From Candidatus Eiseniibacteriota bacterium (GTDB lineage Bacteria > Eisenbacteria > RBG-16-71-46): a stretch of DNA of 64,000 bases. The position numbers were made by a program, and so were the translations under genes. Positions within the stretch are counted from its first letter, which is position 1. Each line of letters opens with the position of its first letter. Shown here in pieces: positions 9,429-18,521 of the stretch. A model generated the notes under the pieces. It saw only the letters and a program-made list of their open reading frames with translations, did no database searches and was not told the DNA's origin. The stretch is from assembly GCA_044223005.1 (NCBI GenBank), contig JBGAML010000007.1, positions 143,607-207,606 on the forward strand, written 5' to 3'.

Positions 9429-10181
9429 GTGATTCGTCGCATCTCGAGAGTCCTCGCCTGCCTCGTGCTCCTCGCTGCGTGCGTGGCCGCACCCGCGCGG
9501 GCCGTCGATCCCAACGCCGCCGACAGCCTCGGCATGGACTGGAGCCGGGTTCCGGAGTACCGCATCGTGCCGGGGGACCGGCTCTCGATCGATCTCGGCC
9601 CCAAGCCCGACGGCATCTCGGAGTACCTGCACGAAGTGCTCGTGCGGCCGGACGGCCGCATCACCGTGTACCCCGTCGGCGACGTCGTGGCCGCGGGCCG
9701 CACGCCCATGGAACTCCAGAAGCTGGTCGTCGACCTGCTCTCGGCCGACATGCGGGCGCCGCACGTCACGATCGAGGTCGTGAGCATGGCGGCGAACCAG
9801 GTTCACGTGCTCGGTCGCGTCGACAAGTCCGGGCCGGTGCCGGCCGGCGCGTTCATGACCGTGTCGCAGGCGATCACCGCCGCCGGCGGCTTCGCCCCGG
9901 ACGCGGCGCGCAACAGCGTGCTGCTCATCCATCGCGAAGGCTCGCGCGCGGTGCGCGTCTCGCGGGTGCGCATGGACCGGTTCCTCAAGGGCGAGTCGCT
10001 CGCCGATCCGCCGGTCCAGCGCTTCGACATCGTCTACGTGCCGCGCTCCACCGTCGGCAACATGAACGTCTTCCTGCGTCAGCTCTTCGACGGCCTCGGC
10101 CCCGCGGTGAGCACGTCGTACATCGGCTGGGAGCTCTTCAACCTCGACCGCGTGTTCGAAGCCCGCGTCTCGCGGCAGTGA
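9429..10181 (+). CDS. wza: Polysaccharide export (OPX/Wza-like) protein
   Basis: Signal peptide; Poly_export motif EYRIVPGDRL..VRPDGRIT; SLBB VSQAITAAGG; C-terminal amphipathic helix. Confidence 0.85.
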   Translation: MIRRISRVLACLVLLAACVAAPARAVDPNAADSLGMDWSRVPEYRIVPGDRLSIDLGPKPDGISEYLHEVLVRPDGRITVYPVGDVVAAGRTPMELQKLVVDLLSADMRAPHVTIEVVSMAANQVHVLGRVDKSGPVPAGAFMTVSQAITAAGGFAPDAARNSVLLIHREGSRAVRVSRVRMDRFLKGESLADPPVQRFDIVYVPRSTVGNMNVFLRQLFDGLGPAVSTSYIGWELFNLDRVFEARVSRQ

Positions 10182-10191
10182 CGGACGGACC

Positions 10192-11574
10192 ATGACCCTG
10201 ACTCCCGGCTCTCCCCAGGCCCCGGCCACCGCGAACCGCGCGACCATGCGCGAGTTCGTCGCCGTGCTCTTCCGGCGGCGCTGGCTCATCCTGGGCCTGT
10301 TCCTCGTCGTGACCGCCACCGTCGTGCTCGTCACGCTCACGACGCCGACCTACTACTCGTCTTCCGGCCGCGTGCTCGTCACGCGCGGCGAGCGCGAGAG
10401 TGCGCTGAGCGGCCGCGTGCAGATCCTCAACGAGTGGGAACAGGATCTCGCCGGCGAGGTCGCCAAGGTCCGCAGCGACACGGTGCTCGCGCACGCCCGC
10501 GTGTTGCTCGACGCGCGCGCGAAGGTGGGCGGGCGCAAGCCGCCGGGTCTCGCGGCCAATCGCGTGGACGTGCAGGTGTCCGGCAAGAGCAACGTGCTCG
10601 AGATCGGCTACGACGACCTCAACCCCGAGGTCGCGCAGGAAGTCTGCGACGCGCTGCTGACGTCGTACGTGGAGTACCGCCGCGAGAAGGGCTGGGCGCG
10701 CTCGGACAGCATGTTCGCGGCGGCCATGGACACGCTCGATCGCCAGATCCAGGAGCGGCTCGCGGAACGCGAGCACATCAGCGCCACGTCCGGCGTCTCG
10801 GACCCGATGGAGCAGATGCGCGCGTGGAACAGCAGCTCGCTCGGCATCGAGCAGCGCCGGAACGAGGTCGCCGCCGACCTCGCCGACGCGAAGGCGGTGC
10901 TCGAGCAGCTGCGGCAGTTCCAGCAGCACCCGGATCGCGACGTGGCGGGTTCGAGCGCCTTGCCGACGGGCGACGAAGGCTCGCTGTTCCCGATCAAGAT
11001 GAAGATCACCGACCAGCAGGCGGTGGTCGCACGGCTGCGCGAACGCTACCGCGACGACTCGCCCGAAGTGCAGCGCGCCGCGGAGACGCTCGAGACGCTG
11101 CAGGCGCTGCTGCGCCGCGAGATCGATTCGCGACTCGCCGTGTCGCAGGCGCGCGTGGAGGCACTGCAGGCGCGCCTCGCGGTGCACGATCGCGATCTCG
11201 CCGCCCTGCGCGCCAAGCTCGCGTCGGTGCCGCAGAACCAGCGTTCGATCGAGGACCTGAACGCGGAGATCAAGACGCTCCGCGGCCGCTACGACGAATA
11301 CGCCAAGGCGCGCGACCTCGCCCGCATCACCAAGAACACGTCGGAAGGCGTGACGGTGACGCTGCTGAACCCGGCCGGCGCGGCCAAGCCGAAGAACACT
11401 CGCGACATCGTGCGCATGCTGCTCGCCCCCGCGTTCAGCCTCGTCGTGGGCACCGGGCTCGCGTTCTTCTTCGACGGTCTCGACCTCACCGTGCGCACGG
11501 CGGGGCAGGCCGAGGAGTATCTCGAGTTGCCCGTGCTCGCCACGCTCCCCGAACGCCGCCGGCAGCGCGGCTGA
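10192..11574 (+). CDS. Polysaccharide co-polymerase (Wzz/GumC-type, membrane half of a split Wzc)
   Basis: N-terminal TM (LFRRRWLIL), long coiled coil with YRDDSPEV, C-terminal TM then EEYLELPVLATLP. Confidence 0.88.
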   Translation: MTLTPGSPQAPATANRATMREFVAVLFRRRWLILGLFLVVTATVVLVTLTTPTYYSSSGRVLVTRGERESALSGRVQILNEWEQDLAGEVAKVRSDTVLAHARVLLDARAKVGGRKPPGLAANRVDVQVSGKSNVLEIGYDDLNPEVAQEVCDALLTSYVEYRREKGWARSDSMFAAAMDTLDRQIQERLAEREHISATSGVSDPMEQMRAWNSSSLGIEQRRNEVAADLADAKAVLEQLRQFQQHPDRDVAGSSALPTGDEGSLFPIKMKITDQQAVVARLRERYRDDSPEVQRAAETLETLQALLRREIDSRLAVSQARVEALQARLAVHDRDLAALRAKLASVPQNQRSIEDLNAEIKTLRGRYDEYAKARDLARITKNTSEGVTVTLLNPAGAAKPKNTRDIVRMLLAPAFSLVVGTGLAFFFDGLDLTVRTAGQAEEYLELPVLATLPERRRQRG

Positions 11575-11594
11575 ACGCTCGGAGGCTCCCTCGC

Positions 11595-12353
11595 ATGACC
11601 CGCATCTTCGACGCGCTCAAGAAGGCCGACGCCTCGCGCCACCCGGCGCCGGCGCTCGCCGCGACGGCCCCGGCGATGTCCGCCCGTGGCCCCGAGATGC
11701 CTCGCTTCTGCGTGCCGCTCGTCGGGGCGATCCCGATGGGCGAGGACGTCGTCCGCGAGATGTCCGCGTTGCGCGTGAACCTCGAATCGGCCCTGCGTGA
11801 CCGGATGCCCCGGATCGTGATGTTCCTCGGCCCCCAGGGGGGCGAGGGCAGCACCACGATCGCGGTGCAGTTCGCGCAGAGCCTCGCGCGCGACCCCGAA
11901 CTCCGGCCGCTTCTGGTCGACTGCAACGTCCGCCGCCCGGCGTACGTTCCGGACGAATCGGGCCGCGCCGCGATCCTCGATCGCCGCCTGATCCCGGGCA
12001 GCACCGATCACGGCGCGGTCGTGACGTCGAACCTCTTCGTGGTGCCGCTCTCGCCGCAGGTGCGCACGGGAGGCCTCGTCCAGCCCGCGGTGCTCCGCCA
12101 GCTGCTCGAAGCGAACGCGCCGGGCTTCGACTGGATCCTGATCGACGGACCGCCCGTGCTCGAAGCGCCGGAAGCGGCGGCCCTCGGGGCCATCGCGGAC
12201 GGCGTCGTCGTGGTGGTGCAGTCCGGCCGCACGAAGCGGCCGGTGCTCGCGCGCGCGGCCGAACTCCTGAGCAAGGCCGGTTCGCGCGTGGTCGGCAGCG
12301 TCCTCAACCGCAGAGTCCACGAGATCCCGGAGTTCATCTACCGTCGCATCTGA
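11595..12353 (+). CDS. CpsD/CapB-family BY-kinase homologue with degenerate motifs
   Basis: Walker A GGEGSTT (no Lys), A' VDCNVRRP, Walker B ILIDGPP, ADGVVVVV, GSVLN; single C-terminal Tyr. Confidence 0.85.
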   Translation: MTRIFDALKKADASRHPAPALAATAPAMSARGPEMPRFCVPLVGAIPMGEDVVREMSALRVNLESALRDRMPRIVMFLGPQGGEGSTTIAVQFAQSLARDPELRPLLVDCNVRRPAYVPDESGRAAILDRRLIPGSTDHGAVVTSNLFVVPLSPQVRTGGLVQPAVLRQLLEANAPGFDWILIDGPPVLEAPEAAALGAIADGVVVVVQSGRTKRPVLARAAELLSKAGSRVVGSVLNRRVHEIPEFIYRRI

Positions 12354-12423
12354 TCCCGAGGCGGACGCCCCGTGTTCCCGGCCCGGCCGGCGGCACGCGC
12401 GGGTGTCTCGCCGGAGGCTCCCG

Positions 12424-13671
12424 ATGGAGCCGCGTCCCGGATTGAGCCCGAACATCGTCCCCGCCGTCGAGCCCACGGCCGCCGCCCTCGCCGCCGCGGG
12501 CTCTTCGTCTGCCCGCGCGCTCGACGGTGCGCTGGCGATCGCGGACGCGTGGGTCGGCGGGCGCTGCGAGGCCATGATCCTCGCGGGCAGCCACGCGACG
12601 GGCGAAGGCGTCTGGTGCGTGGTCGGCGGCCGCGAGGTCACGCTCTCGGACCTGGATCTGTACGCGGTGATGCCGGACGAAGCGGCCTGCCACGCGGCCG
12701 AGGCGGCCGCGCGTCGCGAACGCCCGGCGCTCGGTGAACGGCTCGCGGCGCTCGGGATCGCGGGACCGCTCGAGGTCTGCTTCCGCACGCGGGCCGGGCT
12801 CGCGCGCCTGCCCGCCAAGCCCGGCACGATCGAACTCGCGCGGCACGGCCGCGTCGTGCGGGGCGATGCCCGCGCGCTGGAGTCGCTGCCGCGCTGGACC
12901 GCCGCGGACGTCTCGCGCGAGGAACGCCTGCTGCTGCTCGAGAACCGCGGCTTCGAACTGCTCCTGGCGGCGCCGACCGGCAGCCGCGACGCCCTCGCCA
13001 CGCTGCGGGCGCGCCACGCGCTGCTCAAGGCCGCGGCCGATCTCGCCACGGTGCTGGCGCTCGCCGAGGGCACGCTGCCCGACGGCACGGGGGCGCGCAT
13101 CGAGTGGGCGACCCGGCACGCGTTGCCGGGCCTCGAGGCGCTGCTGCCGCTCGAGCACCAGCCGGGCGTGAAGGCACTGCGCGCGATCTGGGACGCCGCG
13201 CGCGCGTGGCGCGCGGGCGCGGTCACCGCGCTGCCGCCGGACGCCGCCGCCGCGGAGTGGCTCGCGGCCGTTCGCGCGTGGTGTGCGGTGTGGTGGGCCG
13301 CGCACGGCGAGGGCCCGCGCGAGCCCTGGGCCCGCGCGCTGCGCGTCGCCGCGCGCGCACCCATGCGCCGGCGTGCGCGCCAGGCGCTCGTCGCGGCGTC
13401 GCGCGGCGGCGCGAACTCGCCGCTGGGCGCGCGGCTGCGTGCGGCGCTCGCGGGAACGCCGCAGCACCGTGTGAACGCGACGGCCGCCGTGCTCCTGCTC
13501 GCCGCGGCGTCGTCGAGCGGTACGCCCGCGCTGCCGGCCGGGGCGCTGCGCGCGCTGCACGTGCTCGGCGTGACCGATGCCGGCGGCTGGGATCACGCGC
13601 GGCGCGACGCCGTGCGCGCGTGGGACCTGTGGGTGCTCGACGGCCAGCGCACGGCAGGGGAGCAGCCGTGA
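12424..13671 (+). CDS. Pol-beta superfamily nucleotidyltransferase-like protein with helical C-terminal domain
   Basis: ILAGSHATGEG...SDLDLYAV (hGS..DxD); ELARHGRVVRG; GGAGG SD. Confidence 0.7.
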   Translation: MEPRPGLSPNIVPAVEPTAAALAAAGSSSARALDGALAIADAWVGGRCEAMILAGSHATGEGVWCVVGGREVTLSDLDLYAVMPDEAACHAAEAAARRERPALGERLAALGIAGPLEVCFRTRAGLARLPAKPGTIELARHGRVVRGDARALESLPRWTAADVSREERLLLLENRGFELLLAAPTGSRDALATLRARHALLKAAADLATVLALAEGTLPDGTGARIEWATRHALPGLEALLPLEHQPGVKALRAIWDAARAWRAGAVTALPPDAAAAEWLAAVRAWCAVWWAAHGEGPREPWARALRVAARAPMRRRARQALVAASRGGANSPLGARLRAALAGTPQHRVNATAAVLLLAAASSSGTPALPAGALRALHVLGVTDAGGWDHARRDAVRAWDLWVLDGQRTAGEQP

Positions 13672-14819
13672 AGCCGCGCATGGTGATCCTGTTCGTGGAC
13701 GCCCTCGGCTGGCGGCTCGCGGGCGCGCGGACCGGTTTCGCCGCGCCGCTCGTGCAGCGCCGCGAACTCGCCACGATCCTCGGCTTCAGCGCCGGCGCGC
13801 TGCCGACCGCGTTCACGGGCCGCCTGCCGCGCGAGCACGGCCGCTGGCTCATGTACCGGCGCGCGTTCGGCAACGACACGCCGTTCGCGGGCTTCGGCGT
13901 CCTCCGCGGGCTGCCCTCGCGCGTGCGCCGCAGCTGGCGGCTGGGGCAGTGGCTCACGCGCCGCGTCGCCGCGCGCGGCGTGGCCGGCTACTTCAACCTC
14001 TACGACGTGCCGCGTGACGAGCTCGCGTACTTCGACCTCGCCGAACGCGCCGACATCTTCCGGCCCGGCGGACTGCCGCTGGATTCGCTCTGGGATTCGC
14101 TCGAACGCCGCGGCCTGCGCTGGCGGGGCTGGAACTGGCGGACGCCCGAGGCGCAGGGGCTGGACGAGCTGCTCGGCCGGCTGCGCACCGGCGACGACGA
14201 CGTGCTGTTCCTGTACACCGCCGATCTCGACGCGCTGCTGCACCGCGAGGGTTCGCGCGGCGAGGGCGTGCGCGCACGCATGGATCGCTACGACGCCTGG
14301 ATCCGCGAGGCGTTCGCGACCGCGTCCGGCGGCCGGCCGCTCTGGTTCTATCTCTGCTCCGACCACGGCATGGTCGACGTCACCGCGACCGTCGACGTGA
14401 TGGCGCGGCTCGAGGGCCTGCCGGTGCGGCGCGGACGCGACTACCTCGCGTTCTTCGATTCGACGATGGCGCGCTTCTGGTGGCTGCGTCCCGAGGCGCG
14501 TCCGACGGTGCTGGCGGCGCTGGGCGCGGAATCGCGCGGCCGCTGGCTGTCGGCGGCGGAACTCGCTCGCGAGGGCGCGGACTTCACCCGGCACGAGTAC
14601 GGCGACGACATGTTCCTGCTCGAGCCCGGGGCGCTCGCGGTGCCGTCGTGGATGGGTGAGCGCCCGGTGGCGGCCATGCACGGCTACGACCCGGCCCACC
14701 CCGACATGGCCGCGATCCTCGCGACGAACCGCGATCTGCCGGCCGGCGTGCGGCACCTCGCGGACCTGCGCGGCTTCCTCGAATCGGAGCTCGACCAGCT
14801 CGCGAAGGGGGCGGCATGA
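13668..14819 (+). CDS. Alkaline phosphatase superfamily (nucleotide pyrophosphatase/phosphodiesterase-like) protein
   Basis: FVDALG, GFSAGALPTAFTG..P.EHG, DALLHREG, SDHGM, MHGY; no signal peptide. Confidence 0.85.
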   Translation: MKPRMVILFVDALGWRLAGARTGFAAPLVQRRELATILGFSAGALPTAFTGRLPREHGRWLMYRRAFGNDTPFAGFGVLRGLPSRVRRSWRLGQWLTRRVAARGVAGYFNLYDVPRDELAYFDLAERADIFRPGGLPLDSLWDSLERRGLRWRGWNWRTPEAQGLDELLGRLRTGDDDVLFLYTADLDALLHREGSRGEGVRARMDRYDAWIREAFATASGGRPLWFYLCSDHGMVDVTATVDVMARLEGLPVRRGRDYLAFFDSTMARFWWLRPEARPTVLAALGAESRGRWLSAAELAREGADFTRHEYGDDMFLLEPGALAVPSWMGERPVAAMHGYDPAHPDMAAILATNRDLPAGVRHLADLRGFLESELDQLAKGAA

Positions 14820-16411
14820 AGCCCGGCGAGGTGGCGCGGAATCTCTCGCGCGGCGCCTTCTTCCTCGGCGCCGAGAAGGCCGTCGCCAGCGCGTCGACGC
14901 TGCTCTACTCGGCCCTCATCGCGCGCTGGCTGGGTCCCACCAAGTACGGCATGTTCACGCTCGCCTTCTCGGTGGTGACGCTCGCGACCGCGTTCACGGG
15001 CAACTTCGAGACCTACCTCGAGCGCTACGCCGCGGAGTACCAGGTGCAGGGGCGCATCGGCGTCCTGCGGCGCGCCTACGCGCTCGCATTCGGCTGGAAG
15101 TTCGCGCTGGGCCTGATGGCGAGCGGGATCCTCGTCGCGATCGCGCCGTGGGTCGCGGAGCGCTACCGGATCGAGGAGCTGGGCTTCCTACTGCCGCTGC
15201 TCACCGCGTTCATCTTCACCGATGCGTTCACCACCACCGGGCGCGCGCTGCTGTTCGGCCTGCAGCGCTTCGAGTGGGTGAGCGGGCTCTCGCTGTTCTT
15301 CAACCTCGGCCGCACCGCGCTCGTGTGGGCCCTGTGGCACGAGAAGCAGGGGCTGCGCTCGCTCGCGATCGGCATGTCGGCGCTCGCGATCGGACAGGGC
15401 CTGCTGATCGGCGGCGCGACGCTGTTCGTCCTCGCGCGCCACCGCGGCGAGGCGGACCCGGACGCGGGTCCGGCCGCGGAGGAGGGCGTCCCGCGCGGGC
15501 TCTTCCACCAGATGGTGGCGTACTGCGCGCCGCTCTACGGCGCCAACCTGTCGTTCCTGTCCGGGCAGAACCTCGGCAAGCTCGTGCTCGGCATGCTGCT
15601 CGACCCGCAGATGCTCGGCTACTTCTCGTTCGCGTTCGGGACGATCGAGCGCTTCGTCGAAGTCGTGCACGCGCTGCCGCGGGCACTGCTGCCCTCGCTC
15701 ACGCAGATCGTGGCGCTGCGCGACCGCGAACGGCTGCACTACGTCTTCGGGCAGGCGTTCCGGCTCGTGCAGGTGGTGGCGTGCCTCCTGTCGTTCGGGC
15801 TGTTCGTGTACGCGCGCGAGATCATCCTGCTGGTCGGCAGCCCTCTGTTCGAGCCGGCGGTGCCGTTGCTGCGGATCCTCGCGCTGGTGCCGCTCGTGCG
15901 GACCGCGCAGCAGCCGCTGACCATGCTTTTCCAGGCCCTGCGACGGCCCGGCGACGTGCTGCTGCTCGCGCTGGTCAAGCTCGTGGCCGAGATCGGCGGC
16001 TACTTCGCGCTGCTGCTGCCCCTGGGCGTCGCCGGCGCCTGCTGGGCCAATCTCGCGGGGGCGCTGGCCGCGTTCACGGGTGCGATGATCCTCGCGCACC
16101 GGCAGCTGCCCGAGGGCGACGACGAGCGCCTGGGCGCGATCGTGCGCGGCACCCTGCTCCTGGCGCCCGCGATGCTGCTGACGCTGGGGGCCGACACCTG
16201 GCTCGGGCCCGAGCGGTCGCTGTTCGTCCGGTTGCCGCTGGCCATTCCCATCGTGCTCGGAATCTTCGCGCTCGGGCTCGTGAACCGGTACGATCTGGAG
16301 AAACTCTCGTCCCTGAAGCTGCCGTCCGAGGCCGCCGGAACGGTACGCGACCGCATGGTCGCGGCCGCCGAGCGCCTCATCCGCGTGTTCGAGCCCCGGA
16401 GAACCGCATGA
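14816..16411 (+). CDS. wzx: Wzx-type oligosaccharide flippase
   Basis: Multi-TM MOP-family pattern, ARWLGPTKYG, LGYFSFA; locus context. Confidence 0.85.
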   Translation: MKPGEVARNLSRGAFFLGAEKAVASASTLLYSALIARWLGPTKYGMFTLAFSVVTLATAFTGNFETYLERYAAEYQVQGRIGVLRRAYALAFGWKFALGLMASGILVAIAPWVAERYRIEELGFLLPLLTAFIFTDAFTTTGRALLFGLQRFEWVSGLSLFFNLGRTALVWALWHEKQGLRSLAIGMSALAIGQGLLIGGATLFVLARHRGEADPDAGPAAEEGVPRGLFHQMVAYCAPLYGANLSFLSGQNLGKLVLGMLLDPQMLGYFSFAFGTIERFVEVVHALPRALLPSLTQIVALRDRERLHYVFGQAFRLVQVVACLLSFGLFVYAREIILLVGSPLFEPAVPLLRILALVPLVRTAQQPLTMLFQALRRPGDVLLLALVKLVAEIGGYFALLLPLGVAGACWANLAGALAAFTGAMILAHRQLPEGDDERLGAIVRGTLLLAPAMLLTLGADTWLGPERSLFVRLPLAIPIVLGIFALGLVNRYDLEKLSSLKLPSEAAGTVRDRMVAAAERLIRVFEPRRTA

Positions 16412-17112
16412 GCCCCCCGCGCGTGCTGGTGATCATCCCCGCCCACAACGAGGAGGAGAGCCTCCCCGGAACGCTCGCCCACCTGCGGGCCGCGGCTCCG
16501 GACGTGGCCGTTCTCGTCGTGGACGACGGCTCCCGCGACACGACCTCGGCCGTCGCGAAGGCGCACGGCGTCCCCGTCGTCCGGCACGCCACCAACCTCG
16601 GCGTCGGCGGGGCGCTGCAGACCGGCTTCCGCTGGGCGTGGGACCACGGCTTCGACGTCGCGGTGCAGCTCGACGCCGACGGCCAGCACGATCCCGCCTA
16701 CCTCGCGGCGCTGCTCGAACCGGTGCTGGCCGGGCGCTGCAACGTCTCGATCGGCTCGCGCTACGTGACCTCGACGGGCTACAAGGCGCCGCTCAACCGG
16801 CGGCTCGGCATGCTGCTCTTCTCGGGCGTCGTGAAGCTGGCACTGGGGCAGACGATCACCGACACGACCTCGGGCTTCCGCGCCTACGACCGCGCGGTGA
16901 TCGGCGTCTGCCGCTGGGAGTTCCCCAAGGATTTCCCGGACGCGCCGCTGCTCATCGACCTCGCCCGCCGGGGTTTCCGGCTGCTCGAGGTGCCCGTGGT
17001 GATGCGCGAGCGGGTGGCCGGCCGATCCTTCTACACACTGGGCAAGCAGCTGTACTACCCCTACAAGAACCTGCTGGCGTCGCTCATGGCCTTCATCCGG
17101 CGTCCCGCCTGA
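16408..17112 (+). CDS. GT2 polyprenol-phosphate glycosyltransferase (DPM1-like)
   Basis: IIPAHNEE, VVDDGSRD, DADGQH, DTTSGFRA, EVPVVMRER. Confidence 0.9.
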   Translation: MSPPRVLVIIPAHNEEESLPGTLAHLRAAAPDVAVLVVDDGSRDTTSAVAKAHGVPVVRHATNLGVGGALQTGFRWAWDHGFDVAVQLDADGQHDPAYLAALLEPVLAGRCNVSIGSRYVTSTGYKAPLNRRLGMLLFSGVVKLALGQTITDTTSGFRAYDRAVIGVCRWEFPKDFPDAPLLIDLARRGFRLLEVPVVMRERVAGRSFYTLGKQLYYPYKNLLASLMAFIRRPA

Positions 17113-17125
17113 CGCGGAGGTATTC

Positions 17126-17503
17126 GTGCACTTCCTCTCCCGGACCCAGGTGATCGTCGCGGTGGGCGCGGTGCTGCTCGCGCTCTACGTGCTCGATCTG
17201 GTGCGCCGCCGGCGCCTGTCGGAGGAGTACTCGCTGCTGTGGGTGGTCGCCACGCTGACGATCGCGGTGCTCGGCTTCTCGACGCCGCTGCTCGAGGCCA
17301 TCACCCACCTGCTCGGCGTGGTGATGGAAGTGTCGACGGTGTTCGCCATCGGGCTCGGGTTCGCCCTGAGCATGCTGCTGTACCTCAGCGTCCGCCTGTC
17401 GCGGCTGGGGATGGAGAAGGACGCACTGGTGCGTGAGCTGGCGCTGCTGCGCCACGAGTTCGAGGCCGTCCGCGACGCGGCGGCCGGGAGGGAGGCGCGG
17501 TGA
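17126..17503 (+). CDS. DUF2304 family membrane protein
   Basis: 3 TM, VRRRRLSEEYSLLW, C-terminal LVRELAL; typical partner of DPM1-like GT2. Confidence 0.8.
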   Translation: MHFLSRTQVIVAVGAVLLALYVLDLVRRRRLSEEYSLLWVVATLTIAVLGFSTPLLEAITHLLGVVMEVSTVFAIGLGFALSMLLYLSVRLSRLGMEKDALVRELALLRHEFEAVRDAAAGREAR

Positions 17504-18492
17504 AGCGGACGCTGCAACTGACGGTGGGGATCGCGATCTCCGTCGTCTGCATCTGGCTGTCGATGCGCGAAGTGAAGCTCGACGAGGTCCTGCGCGTGCT
17601 CGAAGGCGCGAACCTCTGGGGCTTCCTCGCCGTCTGCGTCCTCACGATCCTCGGCTTCTGGATCCGCGCCGTGCGCTGGCGCTTCTTCATCCAGACCCCG
17701 CAGCCACCGACGACGCTCAACCTCTTCAGCGCGACGATGGTCGGCTTCATGGCGAACAACGTGCTGCCGCTGCGCCTCGGCGAGTTCGTCCGCCCCTGGG
17801 TGCTCGCGCGCCGAGAGAAGCTGCCCAACAGCATGCTGCTCGCGACCGTCGTGATCGAGCGCGCGATCGACATGCTCACGCTGCTCGCGATCTTCGGCAT
17901 CTCGCTGATCCTGCACCCGATCGCCGAAACGACCGAGGCCGGGGCGCTCGTCCAGAAGGGCGCGCGGCTCCTGCTCGTGCTCTGCGTCGTGCTCACGGCC
18001 GGCGTCGTGATCAGCGAGCGCAACCGCGGGCTCGCGCACGGCATGCTGCGCGTCCTGCCCGCCGGCGTGCGGGATCGCGCCGGGCGGCTGCTGGATCGCT
18101 TCCTCGACGGCTTCGGGCTCTTCCGCGACCTGGGCAAGCTCGTGCAGGTGTTCCTGCTCTCGTTCGCGATGTTCCTCTGCTACGCCGTCGCGCTGCAGAT
18201 CAGCATGTGGGCGCTGCACATCGACGTCCCGCTCTACACCGGACTCGTGATGCTCGTGGTCACGGCCATCGGGATCATGGTGCCGGCGGCGCCCGGCTAC
18301 GTCGGCACGCTCAACTACTCCTGCGTGGTCGGCATGGCGCTGTTCGACGTCGGCAAGGCGCCGGCGAGCGCGCTGGGCTGGTTCTACTTCGTCAGCCAGT
18401 GGCTGCCCATCACGGCGGTCGGGCTGGTCTTCCTGAACCGGGAAGGACTCTCGCTCAAGTCGATCGGCCAGGTGCGCGGCGAGCACGAATGA
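17500..18492 (+). CDS. LPG_synthase_TM family putative lipid-linked sugar flippase
   Basis: RAVRW, GFMANNVLPLRLGEFVR, VVIERAID, PAAPGYVGT. Confidence 0.85.
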   Translation: MKRTLQLTVGIAISVVCIWLSMREVKLDEVLRVLEGANLWGFLAVCVLTILGFWIRAVRWRFFIQTPQPPTTLNLFSATMVGFMANNVLPLRLGEFVRPWVLARREKLPNSMLLATVVIERAIDMLTLLAIFGISLILHPIAETTEAGALVQKGARLLLVLCVVLTAGVVISERNRGLAHGMLRVLPAGVRDRAGRLLDRFLDGFGLFRDLGKLVQVFLLSFAMFLCYAVALQISMWALHIDVPLYTGLVMLVVTAIGIMVPAAPGYVGTLNYSCVVGMALFDVGKAPASALGWFYFVSQWLPITAVGLVFLNREGLSLKSIGQVRGEHE

Positions 18493-18521
18493 CCCGCCGA
18501 GCCCCCCGGATCACGGCCGCG

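Noticed and set aside
12424..13671. CBASS cyclase or MNT-HEPN toxin-antitoxin
   Set aside because: No effector or Cap genes and no separate HEPN RxxxxH partner; host-like GC and embedded in a glycan operon
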